Part shown: one piece after another, positions 19,220 through 30,563 of the stretch
Numbering within the stretch: position 1 is the first letter of the stretch
Layout: each line of letters starts with the position of its first letter
Origin: Candidatus Latescibacterota bacterium
Lineage (GTDB): Bacteria > Latescibacterota > UBA2968 > GCA-2709665
Direction of reading: 5' to 3'
DNA length: 64,000 nt
Assembly (NCBI GenBank): GCA_965226795.1
Contig: CBDDDZ010000004.1
Coordinates: 1 to 64,000, forward strand
The notes under the pieces: generated by a model
The model's input: only the letters and a program-made list of their open reading frames with translations
What the model was told of the DNA's origin: nothing
The model's database searches: none
Translations under genes and position numbers: made by a program

Positions 19220-22200
19220 TCATCGGTACACGATCAACCGCTCTCTTTTTCCCGCACGCGTTTCTGCCCGTCGTCCGCAGTAACTGTATAGAGGTAAACA
19301 CCATTGGCCAGCAGGTGCCCGTCGGCATCCCGTCCGTCCCATCGAACCTGATTGTACCCCGCCCGTCCCGGCACGCCTTCCAGAATCCGTATCAGTCGCC
19401 CCGATACGGTATAGATGCGAATAGCTACTTCCGCCGGACGGGACAGAATGTACGTAAAGTCCGTCGCCTCGGGGGTCGGATTGGGAACGTTCAGCACCCG
19501 CTCGATCGCGAGGTCCGACGAAACCTGAAATGCCACGGACTTTTCAGCGGGGCCGTTGCCCAGCTGGTCGGTCCCTGAAACCGAAAGCTTGTAGCGTCCG
19601 TCTTCCAGCCGCGGAGAATAGGTGAATCGCAACGAAGTCGGTTCCTCTTTCCGGTCGGCCACCCGATCCGAGGCCAGTCCATCGGAGATTTCATCTTCGG
19701 ATCCTGTCAAGACGAGTCTAACCGATCCCGCGTCGATGCCGCTTGAATCCCTAAAAGCCACCGAGAACCTCGGCGCCGACGGAAGATAGTCATCCGGCCG
19801 GACCTCGCCGGCGGCGTCCAGAGCGTCCAGATCCAGTTCGGGCCCCTCCCGATCATCGCTCGGATGGACCTCAACGGCCTCGTCGGCGGTCGTCTCTCTC
19901 AAGTAAAAACTCCGACTGCCCGAGAGATCCTCCAACCGGGCCGATACGACATTCGTCCCGGAAAATCGCGCGGTATTCCAGACGAGGGACACGGTAGCCG
20001 TTTCACCTACAGGAGTTTCTTCCGGAACTGACGCGCGTCCGATCAGCCGGCCGTCTTCGGGCGAGCCGCTGTAAAATGCCACCACCCCGCCGGGAACCAG
20101 ATCTAAAGGCCCCCTGTTCCGGACCTGGACGGTCAGCCGAACCGGTTCCAGTTCATCAACTTCGAGGGGGATCGCCCGCAGCCCGGATAGGACAAGATCG
20201 GACTGCGGCCGGTATCGCACCTGCCAACCCGTGAGTCCGGCGGACGGTCCCAGCCCGTCTCCGGCCAACCGAACCCGGATCCGGATACGATCTGCCTTTA
20301 TGTCGCTGAGGTTGATCTCACCGTCGGGCGCCAGGCCGGTCCATTCCGCGAGCGGCGTAATCCCGCCGGACGGCGCCTCACCGAGAATATCCACTTCCAC
20401 CCGCCCACCCGACGCCTCCCGAACGTCAAGAGTCAGCCCGTGCCAGGCGCCGGCCGGACCGATCGGCTCCGACATCAACGTCCCATACGGCGGAAGCGTT
20501 TTCCCCGCATACCTGTAAATCGTGCGGCCGTTGAGTTGACCCAGCCAGACTTTGTTGTTGATCCAATCGTACTGCCCGGACAAAATATCGGTCTCGGATT
20601 GATCGCTGTCATATTCTTCAATAAATCTCCCGGTCAGGGCGTCCACGACCCGGACCCGATGGGTTAACCCTGTACCGAATTCAATCAGATAGAGATACCG
20701 CCCATCCGCAATGACCCCGTCCGTAAAGAGATAGGCAAAACCGGTCTCCGTCGGCGCCACGGTAAACTCCCGTACCACGCGCCAATTGTCCGACGGATCG
20801 AACACGCGCACCGACCAGCCCGCTCGCTGCACCCCATCCACCGCCGCTGCCAGATTGTAAAGGTAACTACCGTCCGACGTTATCAACGAGTGCCCTCTGG
20901 ATACAAACCCTGTTCGGAAATCCATCAGCCCTTCGGGCACCCCCACGCGATCCACAACCCCCGTAGAGGGGGCAATCCGCACCAGTTCGCGTCCTCGGCC
21001 ATCGTCGGCATAGATAAACCCGTCGCCATGATAGGTTGCCGAAACCCCAAGAATCGGCGTATCTGAAAGCGCGCCGTGATTCCGTCCCGCCCGCGTGCCC
21101 CCAAATCCCGTCCCGATCCGCTCGAAGACATCGGTCCCCGGATAGACCGCCGTTGGAGAATAGAACCGGCTTACATAAAGGTAGGTGCCATCCGTACACA
21201 ACACCCCCGTGCCTCGGACGCCTTCGGCCTCGAACGCCGCTTCCCGCGTGTCCGTGTTAAGACGCAACGGAGGCGGATCGACCACGCGCGAAAGCGCGCC
21301 GTCAGCCAGGCGCACATCGGTGGCGGTGCCCCACCGGAGGGCATTGGCGGCACTCTGGTTCCACACGACCTCCCGCGCGGGTGCGGTGGGCCGCGCCGTG
21401 AATTCCATGGTGGTTGACCACGCACCGAATTCGCCGCCGTCGCGCAACCGGGACCTCCAGAAGTACGTTCCGGGCGCCACCTCCGGCAGTTTCCACAACA
21501 CGAACCCGCCGCGTGCCCCGACAGGACCGGAACGGATCACGCCGGGACCGTTGAACCCAGGTGAATCACTCACCTCGAACTCGCCCTCCGTCTCCACCGC
21601 TCCGGTGCCCTGGCGCACTCCCAGCCGCACCCCGGTAACGGGCACCACCTGGCTCTGCCGCGGCATCGTGGGCACGGCCGACAGACTCCCGACCACGTCC
21701 AACTCGACCTCCACGTGGTTGTTGGCTTCGTCCAACTCCGGAATCTCATCGTCAGGATCCACCGTGAGCGCCAGCAGGTGCCTGCCTGCCCGTCCCGCCA
21801 GCCGCCACATCACCGCTGTGCTGTCCGACTGGCCGAAGGCGGGGAAAACACCTGTAAACAGTGTATCCACTTCACCCCGGTCCAGATTCCGATCCACCAG
21901 GACAACCTCCGGCCCCGCGCGTGGCGTAATCCCGATGTTCTCTATCCGGATCGCGATCCGAACCGAGTCTTCGACGGTCAGCTGACCGGTGCGCTCGACT
22001 TTCAAGCTTTCCGAATCCAGGGAGAAATCCGGGTTGGGCAATATGGCCAACTCCTGGGCGGGGTCTCCAATCAACTGCATGGCGAGCGTCAGCGTTTTCA
22101 ACTGCGGAAACCGCGTATCCAGCGCCGCCTTGGCCACGGCCAGACCGGCGCCGAACTGCCGGACGCCGTCTCTGAAGAACGCGGCGAACAAACGGTCGCT

Positions 22201-24981
22201 CAGGAAATCATTGGTTATCACCGCCGCAAGCGTTGAAGCCGATATATAGGCGATCGCGCCGCCATCCGGTTTCTTGGTCATCTCCTCCGCCAGACACATA
22301 AACCTGGGATCCGAAAACTGCCCGTTCAGACATGACAACGCCACCACGATCGGCAATCGGTCCGCATTGACGATCTGACCCATATAGTGATAGTTGCGCT
22401 GTTGATATGTCCCCCTCAAGAACCCGGCCATGCTCGAAACGCTTCCGTGTCCGAGGAAATTCACCAGCAGCCGACCCTCGTTGATCTGCCGGATCACCTC
22501 GCCCGTATCCTCGTTGGGTTCAGCCCGGGCATCCCTATCGTTATAGACCCTGAATGATTCCAGGCCCAGCGGCTCGGTATAGTTCGCCAACAGCCGGTCG
22601 CTGGGGGTCGCAAAGATCGAAAGCGGATCGTAGTTGGCCATAAACAGCACACGGTCCCGCCACCGGTCATTTGGCGCCTGGTCGTACGACACGATTTTTC
22701 GGACCACTGCGGCGGCCTCACGGCGGCTGACCACCGATATCCGTCCCACGAAAATATCCTGGAACAGATCCTCGTCCGAGCCGGCCACAGCACCGAAATA
22801 ATGGTCCGTATACGCCAGTCCCCTTACGACGGACTGGAAGGGAAGCGCCGGCACGTATGCCCGCCGCCCCAGTTCGGCCTGATCGAAGTGATCCCGGTAG
22901 TCGAAGCTATCACGTCCGAACAACAGAAGGTAGGTCGGTCTCCGCGCCCAGTTTTCGAAGGCATAGCGCATGAATCGGCGGATGGCCTGCGGCTCGAATT
23001 GCCCGAAAGAGAACGCATCGTAGATCCCGGTGACGTCCACGACCTGTACCTGCAACCCCTGACCGCGACGGTGTTCCGCCAGGCGCTCCGCCGCTTCGCG
23101 AAACTGCGGATGCACGACAATCACATAGTCTGCCCCCTCCTGCCCGAACTCCGGCACCTCGGCGGCCTCCGCGGCAGGCGCCCTGCGGATGGCTTCGGAA
23201 TCCGTCGCAACAAAACGCCCGTACACGGCCGGCAGTTCGAATCGGGTTTGAAATCCCGCATCCCCCGGCGTCACCTGAACGTGCTGGATCTTTCGAGCCC
23301 CGGCGACGTCGTAGATTGACACGTCGGCTGTGCGAAAACCCGTGATCGTGAAGGTCCGGCCATCACCGGTTTCATCCGGCTCGAATTCCAGCTTGCCTTC
23401 TACGCATTCAAACCGCCGGGCATATGCGATTTCCACCCAGTTGAGCAACACGTGCTCGATGTAGTTAGCAGGGAAATCCGGCGCGCCCGGCGTCGCGAGG
23501 GTCACCCGACTCGTATCGCCCAGTTCCGACACCGGTACCGTCCCTTCGGCGACGAACGCACGCTTTCCATCCCACCGGTCGTCTGCGACGACCGTACCGC
23601 TGGACAGCCGCACAACCGTGCGGTGGTCGGGCTCGAACAGACGTCTGAAGGTCAGCGCGTGCATACCCACGCGAATATGCGCCGCTGTCGCCGGGGCGCG
23701 GTCCAGACCGGTCAGAGGAACGGGAACGGTCACCGAATAGGCGCGCACGCCCTGATGAATAGTACCCGGCATGCCTGGCGATCCGGTTCGTCCCCAGTAC
23801 CAGTGGTCTCGATCTGCGTCTGGCGCGTATCCTAGCGGATCATAGAGCGAATCGACCTCGGCATGCGCCCTGTGCGTGAATCGATGTGCTTCGGGGAATC
23901 CATTCTGCGGCGAACCGTCTAAAATCTCAAATCGCCGGCCGGGTCTGCCGTCCAGCGAGAGCCAGTACACGTGTTCACGTCCGAACTCACTCTCGAAATC
24001 CCGATCTGGCGCACGTCTATACTCTCCATAGAAAATCGCACCCTCACCCTCGTCCAACACACCATCTCCATTGTCCTGCACGTCCACGGGCACCTCTTGA
24101 CCGTTCAAAAAAACCTTCAAACGCTCCAGATCGCCCGCCTGAAGCGCAATCCCCGCATCGGCGAACCAATTCGCGTCCAGCCGACACAGACCGTCCTCCC
24201 GTATCCGGATCCTGTAGTAATCGGCCGCCGGATCCAGACCCTCCGCAATCCGGAGCTTCCGCAGCCCGTCTCCCCATTCAGCCCGGCCCCTCCATTCCCG
24301 CGCCTGCTCCGCGTTCAACAACGCATCTTCGTAGAATTCCTCGAACCCGCCGCCCGTGCCCTCATCCGTCGATCGGATTCTTATGGAGGGCTCGTCGCGC
24401 ACGAAACTCACGCGTATCCGCAGCCTGCGGGCAATACGCAGTTGTCGCCGCGCCGGATTGTACTGCACGGGGCTCAAAGAGATTCCCGCTACGCGCTGAT
24501 CGCGCATGACACCGATCCGGGTGACCTCGGCCGGTTGAGCGGGATACAGTCCGTCATGTGCGTAGAAATCCGCGTCCGGCTCGTAGACCTCTACCTCCGC
24601 GGGGTAAGCCTCCCGGCCCACCGGCCTGGACCGCGGCACCGGCATCAGCAGCACCCCGGAAATCTCTTCATACTCCGCGACCAGCACGGCAACGGCTACC
24701 CGTGTTCCGTACGGAACGCCCAGGAGCGCGCCGTGCACAGGCACGGCCGGGCGTCCGGGTTCGGGCAACCATATGCCCCCGGGTAGCACAACCTGATCGT
24801 AGGCGACACCCTTAACGTGGACCGTGCGCCGCTGATAGTCCGATCCGTCGACCTCGATCTCCACCCCATCCTCTCCTGTCCACACGAGTCGTGGCTCGCC
24901 TCCATAGGCCTCAGGTACCCCCACAGGGATCATCAGCATCAGAGAACAAACCGCACAAACCTGCAAAAAACGCACAACCAT
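19220..24981 (-). CDS. Peptidase C25 (gingipain/PorU-like) with propeptide, CARDB domains and C-terminal FlgD/T9SS-type domain
   Basis: PEPGRPAVP propeptide; ADYVIVVH..YDAFSFG; catalytic-type NFLGHGS and ALSCLNGQF; VLNVPNP...WDGRDADGHLLANGVYLY. The ORF track ends at 19234; removing 2 nt from a GA run gives the end KERLIVYR* at 19220. Confidence 0.88.
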
Positions 24982-24994
24982 ATGGATACGACCC

Positions 24995-26590
24995 CTACTC
25001 GTTTTCGAGCTTCAATTCCCTCATTCCGCCCCTGTCGAAAATCACCACGCGGCTTCCACGCACCGGCTCGAGTACAACCTCGGCCAGTCGGGGACCGTGA
25101 ATCCGAACGTCGCCCCACGTCCTCTCTATGGTTCCGGGAAGCAATCGCTTGCCGTCCGCCGCATAAAACGCCCTGGCATCAACCTGCCGATGCACGGAAA
25201 AATAGCCGCCACTTTTTATGTCGATCCGCCATTGCATTGGACCCAGGCGCTTCACCCCGCTCTCAAACCTGTCCGGATCCGTAAGCCAGCAATGATTCAC
25301 GGTAACCGCCGACGCTTCACCCCCGGTGCGGACCGCCAGGGCACTGCTCAACCCGAACGCGAACAGTGGTATTTCTCCGAGGCTGCCCGCGGGGCTCAGG
25401 GCCGAAGGTACGTTCAACACGTAAACCGTCTGCCCGCTTTCTTTCGCAAGCGGCACCAACGCATCGAGGACGTTTTCACTCAGGACCGACGCGTCCAGCC
25501 AGAACAATCCCTCGCGGGCAAGCACCAGCCCGTAATATCCAATCAACGTTGCCAGAAGAAAATTCCTGCACCATAGAACCGCCCGGCGATTCGGCTGCCA
25601 GGCCGCCCAGACATTCGCAACCGCAATGCAGAAGAATACGGACGGCAGATAGAGGTACCACCGGTGAACCCTTCCCAGGACGGGCACCAGGCTGGCCACG
25701 GTCATTCCGCCCAGATACAACGTGTCCCGCAGCACCTCACGCCGCCGGCCCGATACCCAGAACACGGCGGCGGTCGCCACCAGCAGAACGACGCCGAAGA
25801 GCCGGAAATCCGTCATCCCCAACTTCGCCCCGGACTTGAGAACGTCCAGGCCAAGCCCCGTTGCCGCCAGATCCCGCTCCGGAATCCCTGAAAATACCCC
25901 GCCCAGCACCAGCCAACGGGCGCACATGTAGATTCCCACGGTCACGAGGCAGCACACCAGCGCCCGCCGGGCTTCCTGCGCCCGCCAGGTGCCGAGATAG
26001 AGAAAAAGCAGCAGGAGCACCCCCGGCAGCGACAGCGCCATCTCTTTCGAGAAAAGCGCCAGCAGGAAACACAGGCTTCCACCCGCCAGCAATCCCGGAG
26101 ACGGACGATCGTGGTAGACCAGGAAGAAGAGCAGCGCCGATAGATAAAACAGCGCGCAGGCGGAATCCGTCCGGCCAACGATCCAGAATATGGTATCCGT
26201 GTGGACGGGCAGCACGTGAAAAAGAAGGAGCGCCGTCCATGCGGCCAATGCCCCGGCCAGCAGCCGCCGCGCCAGCAGATAGACCAGAATGCCGCAAAGA
26301 ACGTGAAGAAGCACGTTACCCACGTGATAGAACACGGGTTCGTATTCCACGAACAGAAACGTCGCGTACAACGACAGGGTGACAACCGGACGATAATATC
26401 CCCCGGCGCCGGCGAGCCCTGTCCAACTGGTGGTTAGAATGGGTTGAATTCCCTCCGCGCACAAACGGAGGTGACCCCAGTCGTCGTCGAGCAATGACAC
26501 ACGCGAAGACAGCCAGAAAAGCAGGACGGCGACCAACCCGAACACCACACAACCTGTGCAGATCCAGCCGATGGAACCGTGGTCCCGCAA
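24995..26590 (-). CDS. Polytopic GT-C glycosyltransferase, TMTC/PMT-like, without TPR
   Basis: LLDDDW...YYRP...YHVGNVLLH...LPVHTDTIFWIVGRTD...LFSKEMA; many TM segments; start uncertain. Confidence 0.75.
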   Translation of the reverse strand: MRDHGSIGWICTGCVVFGLVAVLLFWLSSRVSLLDDDWGHLRLCAEGIQPILTTSWTGLAGAGGYYRPVVTLSLYATFLFVEYEPVFYHVGNVLLHVLCGILVYLLARRLLAGALAAWTALLLFHVLPVHTDTIFWIVGRTDSACALFYLSALLFFLVYHDRPSPGLLAGGSLCFLLALFSKEMALSLPGVLLLLFLYLGTWRAQEARRALVCCLVTVGIYMCARWLVLGGVFSGIPERDLAATGLGLDVLKSGAKLGMTDFRLFGVVLLVATAAVFWVSGRRREVLRDTLYLGGMTVASLVPVLGRVHRWYLYLPSVFFCIAVANVWAAWQPNRRAVLWCRNFLLATLIGYYGLVLAREGLFWLDASVLSENVLDALVPLAKESGQTVYVLNVPSALSPAGSLGEIPLFAFGLSSALAVRTGGEASAVTVNHCWLTDPDRFESGVKRLGPMQWRIDIKSGGYFSVHRQVDARAFYAADGKRLLPGTIERTWGDVRIHGPRLAEVVLEPVRGSRVVIFDRGGMRELKLENE

Positions 26591-26601
26591 GGCGACCCCA
26601 C

Positions 26602-26628
26602 AAAAAAAAAACCGGCGTACGGCCAGCC
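26602..26628 (-). terminator. Possible intrinsic terminator: GC hairpin plus T10
   Basis: Minus strand gctggc-cgtac-gccggt followed by a T run. Confidence 0.45.
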
Positions 26629-26769
26629 CCGTCCTTTGGAGAAAGAAGGTTCGGACGGTCCAACGCCAGTTGAATAACGTTCATTTATCGGAACGCGGAT
26701 CGTGGGCCGCCAGTGCGCTCCGACATTCACCACGACCCGCGCGCATCAGCGCCAGGTAAGACAGCTTTC

Positions 26770-26933
26770 AGTGTTCCGTCCCGGAAATAGATTACCGAAA
26801 TTCGGCCGCCGGATCACCCGGCTTGCAAGGCGCCTGAGCGAGGCGACCTGCAGAAGGTCGGCGAACGAAGGGAACGTAGCGAGACGGGATGAACCGGCGG
26901 AAGAATGGTGACATATTTTGGGGACGGAACACT
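26770..26933. mobile_element. MITE/REP-like element with terminal inverted repeats (copy 1)
   Basis: Ends AGTGTTCCGTCCC and GGGACGGAACACT; homologs at 33893 and 40287. Confidence 0.7.
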
Positions 26934-27906
26934 AAGATTCGAAATAATGGATAATGCGCCGGAGGGTGTTATCGAGGCTCATTTTCGGCTCGTAGTCCAC
27001 GAACGACCTGATTTTGGAGAGGTCCGGCACCCGATAGTTGAGATCTTCGTAAGATCCTTTTGCGAATGCCTTGTCGTAAGGCACGAATTCAATCGGCGCA
27101 TCGCTCTCCGTTAACGTTTTGACCTTGTGCGCGAGATTGATGATGCTGGTTTCGTTGGTGTCGACGTTGCTGCCCAGGTTGAATATTTCCCCGGGCGTGT
27201 TGGGATGTTCGGCCAGCGCTACCATGCCGTCGAGGGCATCTTCGACATCGGTAAAACAGCGGCGCTGTTCGCCGTCTCCGTAAACCGTAATGGGATGGCC
27301 GAGAAGCGCCTGCTTGACCATGCGCGGCACCACCATTCCATACTCGCCGGTCTGCCTGGGGCCGATTACGTTGAAAAACCTCACAATCAGCATGGGCAGC
27401 TTCTTCTCCCGCCAATAGGACAGACCCAGCATCTCGTCCACCGCCTTTGTTGTGGAATAGATCCAGCGGTCGACGGTAATGGGACCGAGCAGCCGATCGT
27501 CGTTTTCCTGGAAAGAAACCTTCCCGTTCTTCTTGCCGTACACCTCCGAAGTCGACGCGAGCATCACGCGCTTCTTGTCTCTATTGGCGAGCTCCAGAAC
27601 AATTTCGGTGCCCCGGATATTGGTTGTCAGGGAATGCAGCGGATTGTCGATGATATAATTCACGCCCACCGCAGCGGCCAGGTGATAGATCGTATCGCAC
27701 CAGTCCACCAGAGGACGCAGCGTTTCAGCCTCCAGAATCGTACCAACCTTTATATTGAATCGGGGGTTGGACTCCAGGTGGTGGATATTGTTGTAGTCTC
27801 CGGTGGAGAGATCGTCGAGCACGGAAACCTCGTCACCCCGTCTCAGATGCCGTTCAGCCAGATGTGAACCTATAAACCCCGCCCCGCCGGTAATCAACAC
27901 CTTCAT
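26932..27906 (-). CDS. NAD-dependent nucleotide-sugar epimerase/dehydratase
   Basis: TGGAGFIGSHL, ASTSEVYG, YSTTK. Confidence 0.93.
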   Translation of the reverse strand: MKVLITGGAGFIGSHLAERHLRRGDEVSVLDDLSTGDYNNIHHLESNPRFNIKVGTILEAETLRPLVDWCDTIYHLAAAVGVNYIIDNPLHSLTTNIRGTEIVLELANRDKKRVMLASTSEVYGKKNGKVSFQENDDRLLGPITVDRWIYSTTKAVDEMLGLSYWREKKLPMLIVRFFNVIGPRQTGEYGMVVPRMVKQALLGHPITVYGDGEQRRCFTDVEDALDGMVALAEHPNTPGEIFNLGSNVDTNETSIINLAHKVKTLTESDAPIEFVPYDKAFAKGSYEDLNYRVPDLSKIRSFVDYEPKMSLDNTLRRIIHYFES

Positions 27907-29126
27907 GCGTACGTCCCTTCCCAGCAGTTGCCTGGAGAACCGCCTCCGGCACGCTTGTTTTCGGATAGCTTACGATAGAGGTGGCTGAAATCTTTCGCCA
28001 ATCGTGTCAACCCGTAGGACTCAACAATCTTTTGCCGCTCTTCAGCGGAAATTCCTCGGCGTTCCCGTAGCGCCCGCAGAATCCCTCCAGCAAGCGCCGA
28101 GGAGTCGCCGGGAGCAACCATCAGGCCAATCCGTTCGCTTCGGAGAAAATCGGGCACGCCACCCACCCGAGACGCAACGACGTAACATCCGGATGCCGCC
28201 GCCTCCAGTAACGCCACCGGCAACCCCTCATGATGTGACGACAACACCGCCAGATCGAGCGCTCCGTAAATGCGCGCCATATCCTCTCGGAAGCCTGTAA
28301 ACCGTACCCGGTCTTCAAGATTTCGCTCACGCACAATGGTTTCGAGTGCGGGCCGCAGTTCGCCGTCGCCAACGACGACAAACCGGACATCCGGCAACTC
28401 CCCGGCCACGTGATCGGCGGCAGACAGAAAAATGTCGACGCCCTTTATGGGCACCAGTCGCGCAACAATGCCGACAAGCCGAATCGAATCGCCGAACCCC
28501 AGTTCTTCGCGGAAGCCCGCGTCGCCACGCCGCTGGTTCAGAAACGGCTCGAGTTCCACGCCCAGCGGAACGGTACGAATGCGGGAAGGCGCCGCAATAC
28601 GAACCGCCAGCAGTTCATCCCGCTGCCTGTCCGTGATGGCGACCAGGACATCGGTCCGGAAGGCCAGGAGCCTTTCCACAAGGACAATCAGGCGGGTCCC
28701 CCAGGCCGAGAAATAGCCCTTGAAGGCCAGGCCGTGAAACGTATGCAGCGTTACCGGCACGCCGGCCATCCAGGCCGCCACGCGACCGAGCACGCCTGCT
28801 TTCGACTTATGGGTGTGGACAATATGAGGACGCACACGCCTCAATAGCCGATATAGCGCAACGAACGCCATGAAATCCCGAAACGGAACAATCGCCCGGC
28901 TGAACCCGTGAACCTCCAGGGGTTGAATTCCCGAGCGAAGGATGACGTCTTCCATCTCGGCTTCGCCAGGCGCCACCTGGCCTTTGATCACAAGCGACCG
29001 ACAACCCCGGAATTCCAACGCCTTGGAAAGAAAAAGCAGATAGGGCGTTGGGCCGCCAACATTTAAACGATCGATAATCTGAACCAGATGAATCGGTGTT
29101 TGCGCGTCAGAAGGATTCGGAGACAA
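27903..29126 (-). CDS. Glycosyltransferase family 4
   Basis: VHTHKSKAG, VARLVPIKG, EGLPVALLEA. Confidence 0.92.
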   Translation of the reverse strand: MSPNPSDAQTPIHLVQIIDRLNVGGPTPYLLFLSKALEFRGCRSLVIKGQVAPGEAEMEDVILRSGIQPLEVHGFSRAIVPFRDFMAFVALYRLLRRVRPHIVHTHKSKAGVLGRVAAWMAGVPVTLHTFHGLAFKGYFSAWGTRLIVLVERLLAFRTDVLVAITDRQRDELLAVRIAAPSRIRTVPLGVELEPFLNQRRGDAGFREELGFGDSIRLVGIVARLVPIKGVDIFLSAADHVAGELPDVRFVVVGDGELRPALETIVRERNLEDRVRFTGFREDMARIYGALDLAVLSSHHEGLPVALLEAAASGCYVVASRVGGVPDFLRSERIGLMVAPGDSSALAGGILRALRERRGISAEERQKIVESYGLTRLAKDFSHLYRKLSENKRAGGGSPGNCWEGTYA

Positions 29127-29396
29127 GCCGGCTCCGCAGGTGGAATCACCACGATCGGGTTGGATAAACGGGCTCCGACGCCGGAATCAGCCCCTCAAAT
29201 ATAAACACGCGGGGGTAAACCGGCAATGTAAAAGTGATATCATAAGTACAAGTGAATCGTATAGATATGCGCGCCTGACTCAGGCATCGAAAGCGCGTTT
29301 CCGCGCGGGAGACCTCTGTACCTCCGGACCCGAGAACCCGACTTGAGCTCTCGTTCGACCGCATCATAGAGATCAAACCTGGACCGCGACGAATGA

Positions 29397-30485
29397 TCAG
29401 GCATCCTCCCTGGCCATCGAACTCAGGATCCGGAAAAGCCGCAGGCTACTTCGCTCCAGGGAATAACACGCTTGCATTTTTCTGCGTCCGGCCTGGCCCA
29501 TGCGATGCCGAAGCGCCCGATCCTGGATCAGCCGTTCCAGACAGGATACCCACTCGCCGTGCGATCTTGCGTAGAAACCGTTGACGCCGTCTTCCACGAT
29601 TTCGCAGTTAATGCCCACCGGGCTGCTCACAGCCGGAATTCCCATCGAGAGGTATTGCAGAAGCTTATACCCTCCCTTTCCCCGTGTCCACGGATCGTCG
29701 GGCAAGGGCATCAAGCCGATATCGAAGCTGCGCAGATCACGGACTTCGGTTTCCATAGACCAGGGGCGCCACTCCACCGGCACGGCATCCGTATCGAAGC
29801 CGCCCTCGCCGACCAGACAAAGCCGGAGATGGCGGTGCCGGGCGCCCAACTCGGCCAGAGGCCCCCGGATCAGTTCAAGATAGGGAGCGGACGTGTAGCT
29901 GCCAATCCAGCCCAGAACCAAATCGCCGCATTCATCGACCTCTTTGCCGGGAGAATACCGCCCCGTGTCGATCGGCCCCGTGATAATCGACACCTCCGGG
30001 CAGTACCGTTCGGCATACGCGGCTGTGTACGTATTTTCGACAATAACCCTGGATGCCGCCCGGAGCATCTTTGCCAGTCCCCGCGAGTGGTGCCACGTTC
30101 GGAGTCGCGCCATCCAGTTTTCATCGGGCGCCTCGGTGGTAAAGATCGCGTCGTCGAAATCGTATACGACCTTCCGTGAAAACAGTCGCAACAGCCTGGC
30201 AATCGGTGCGCAGAAGAATGCCCGCTGCACAAACACTACGTGGTACCTGGGCGCAAACCGGAGGGTGCGCAACCCCACCCGGAGCGAACGCCACCACACC
30301 CAGATATAGTGGATCAGACGCCCGAACCCTCTCCTTGAATATGTCCAGGTGGATATCCGATCGGGCAATACAACCGCCACGTCGGCCTGCACGCCATTGG
30401 CTTTAAGGGAGGGCAGGTAGTCGAACACGCGTGTACGGCTGGCGGCAAACCGAGGCCCGGTTAGCGCGACAAAAAAAACCTTCAA
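29397..30485 (-). CDS. Glycosyltransferase family 4
   Basis: YDFDDAIF, GWIGS, FDIGLMPL..KGGYKLLQY. Confidence 0.9.
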   Translation of the reverse strand: MKVFFVALTGPRFAASRTRVFDYLPSLKANGVQADVAVVLPDRISTWTYSRRGFGRLIHYIWVWWRSLRVGLRTLRFAPRYHVVFVQRAFFCAPIARLLRLFSRKVVYDFDDAIFTTEAPDENWMARLRTWHHSRGLAKMLRAASRVIVENTYTAAYAERYCPEVSIITGPIDTGRYSPGKEVDECGDLVLGWIGSYTSAPYLELIRGPLAELGARHRHLRLCLVGEGGFDTDAVPVEWRPWSMETEVRDLRSFDIGLMPLPDDPWTRGKGGYKLLQYLSMGIPAVSSPVGINCEIVEDGVNGFYARSHGEWVSCLERLIQDRALRHRMGQAGRRKMQACYSLERSSLRLFRILSSMAREDA

Positions 30486-30563
30486 GGCAGGAAAGCTCCT
30501 TCAATATAAACACGAGATTCCGGGGAATCAATGGAAAACGGCGCTTTTTCGGGGAACCCGAAA

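Noticed and set aside
26630..26770. Known riboswitch
   Set aside because: No SAM, TPP, cobalamin, c-di-GMP or fluoride consensus was recognised.
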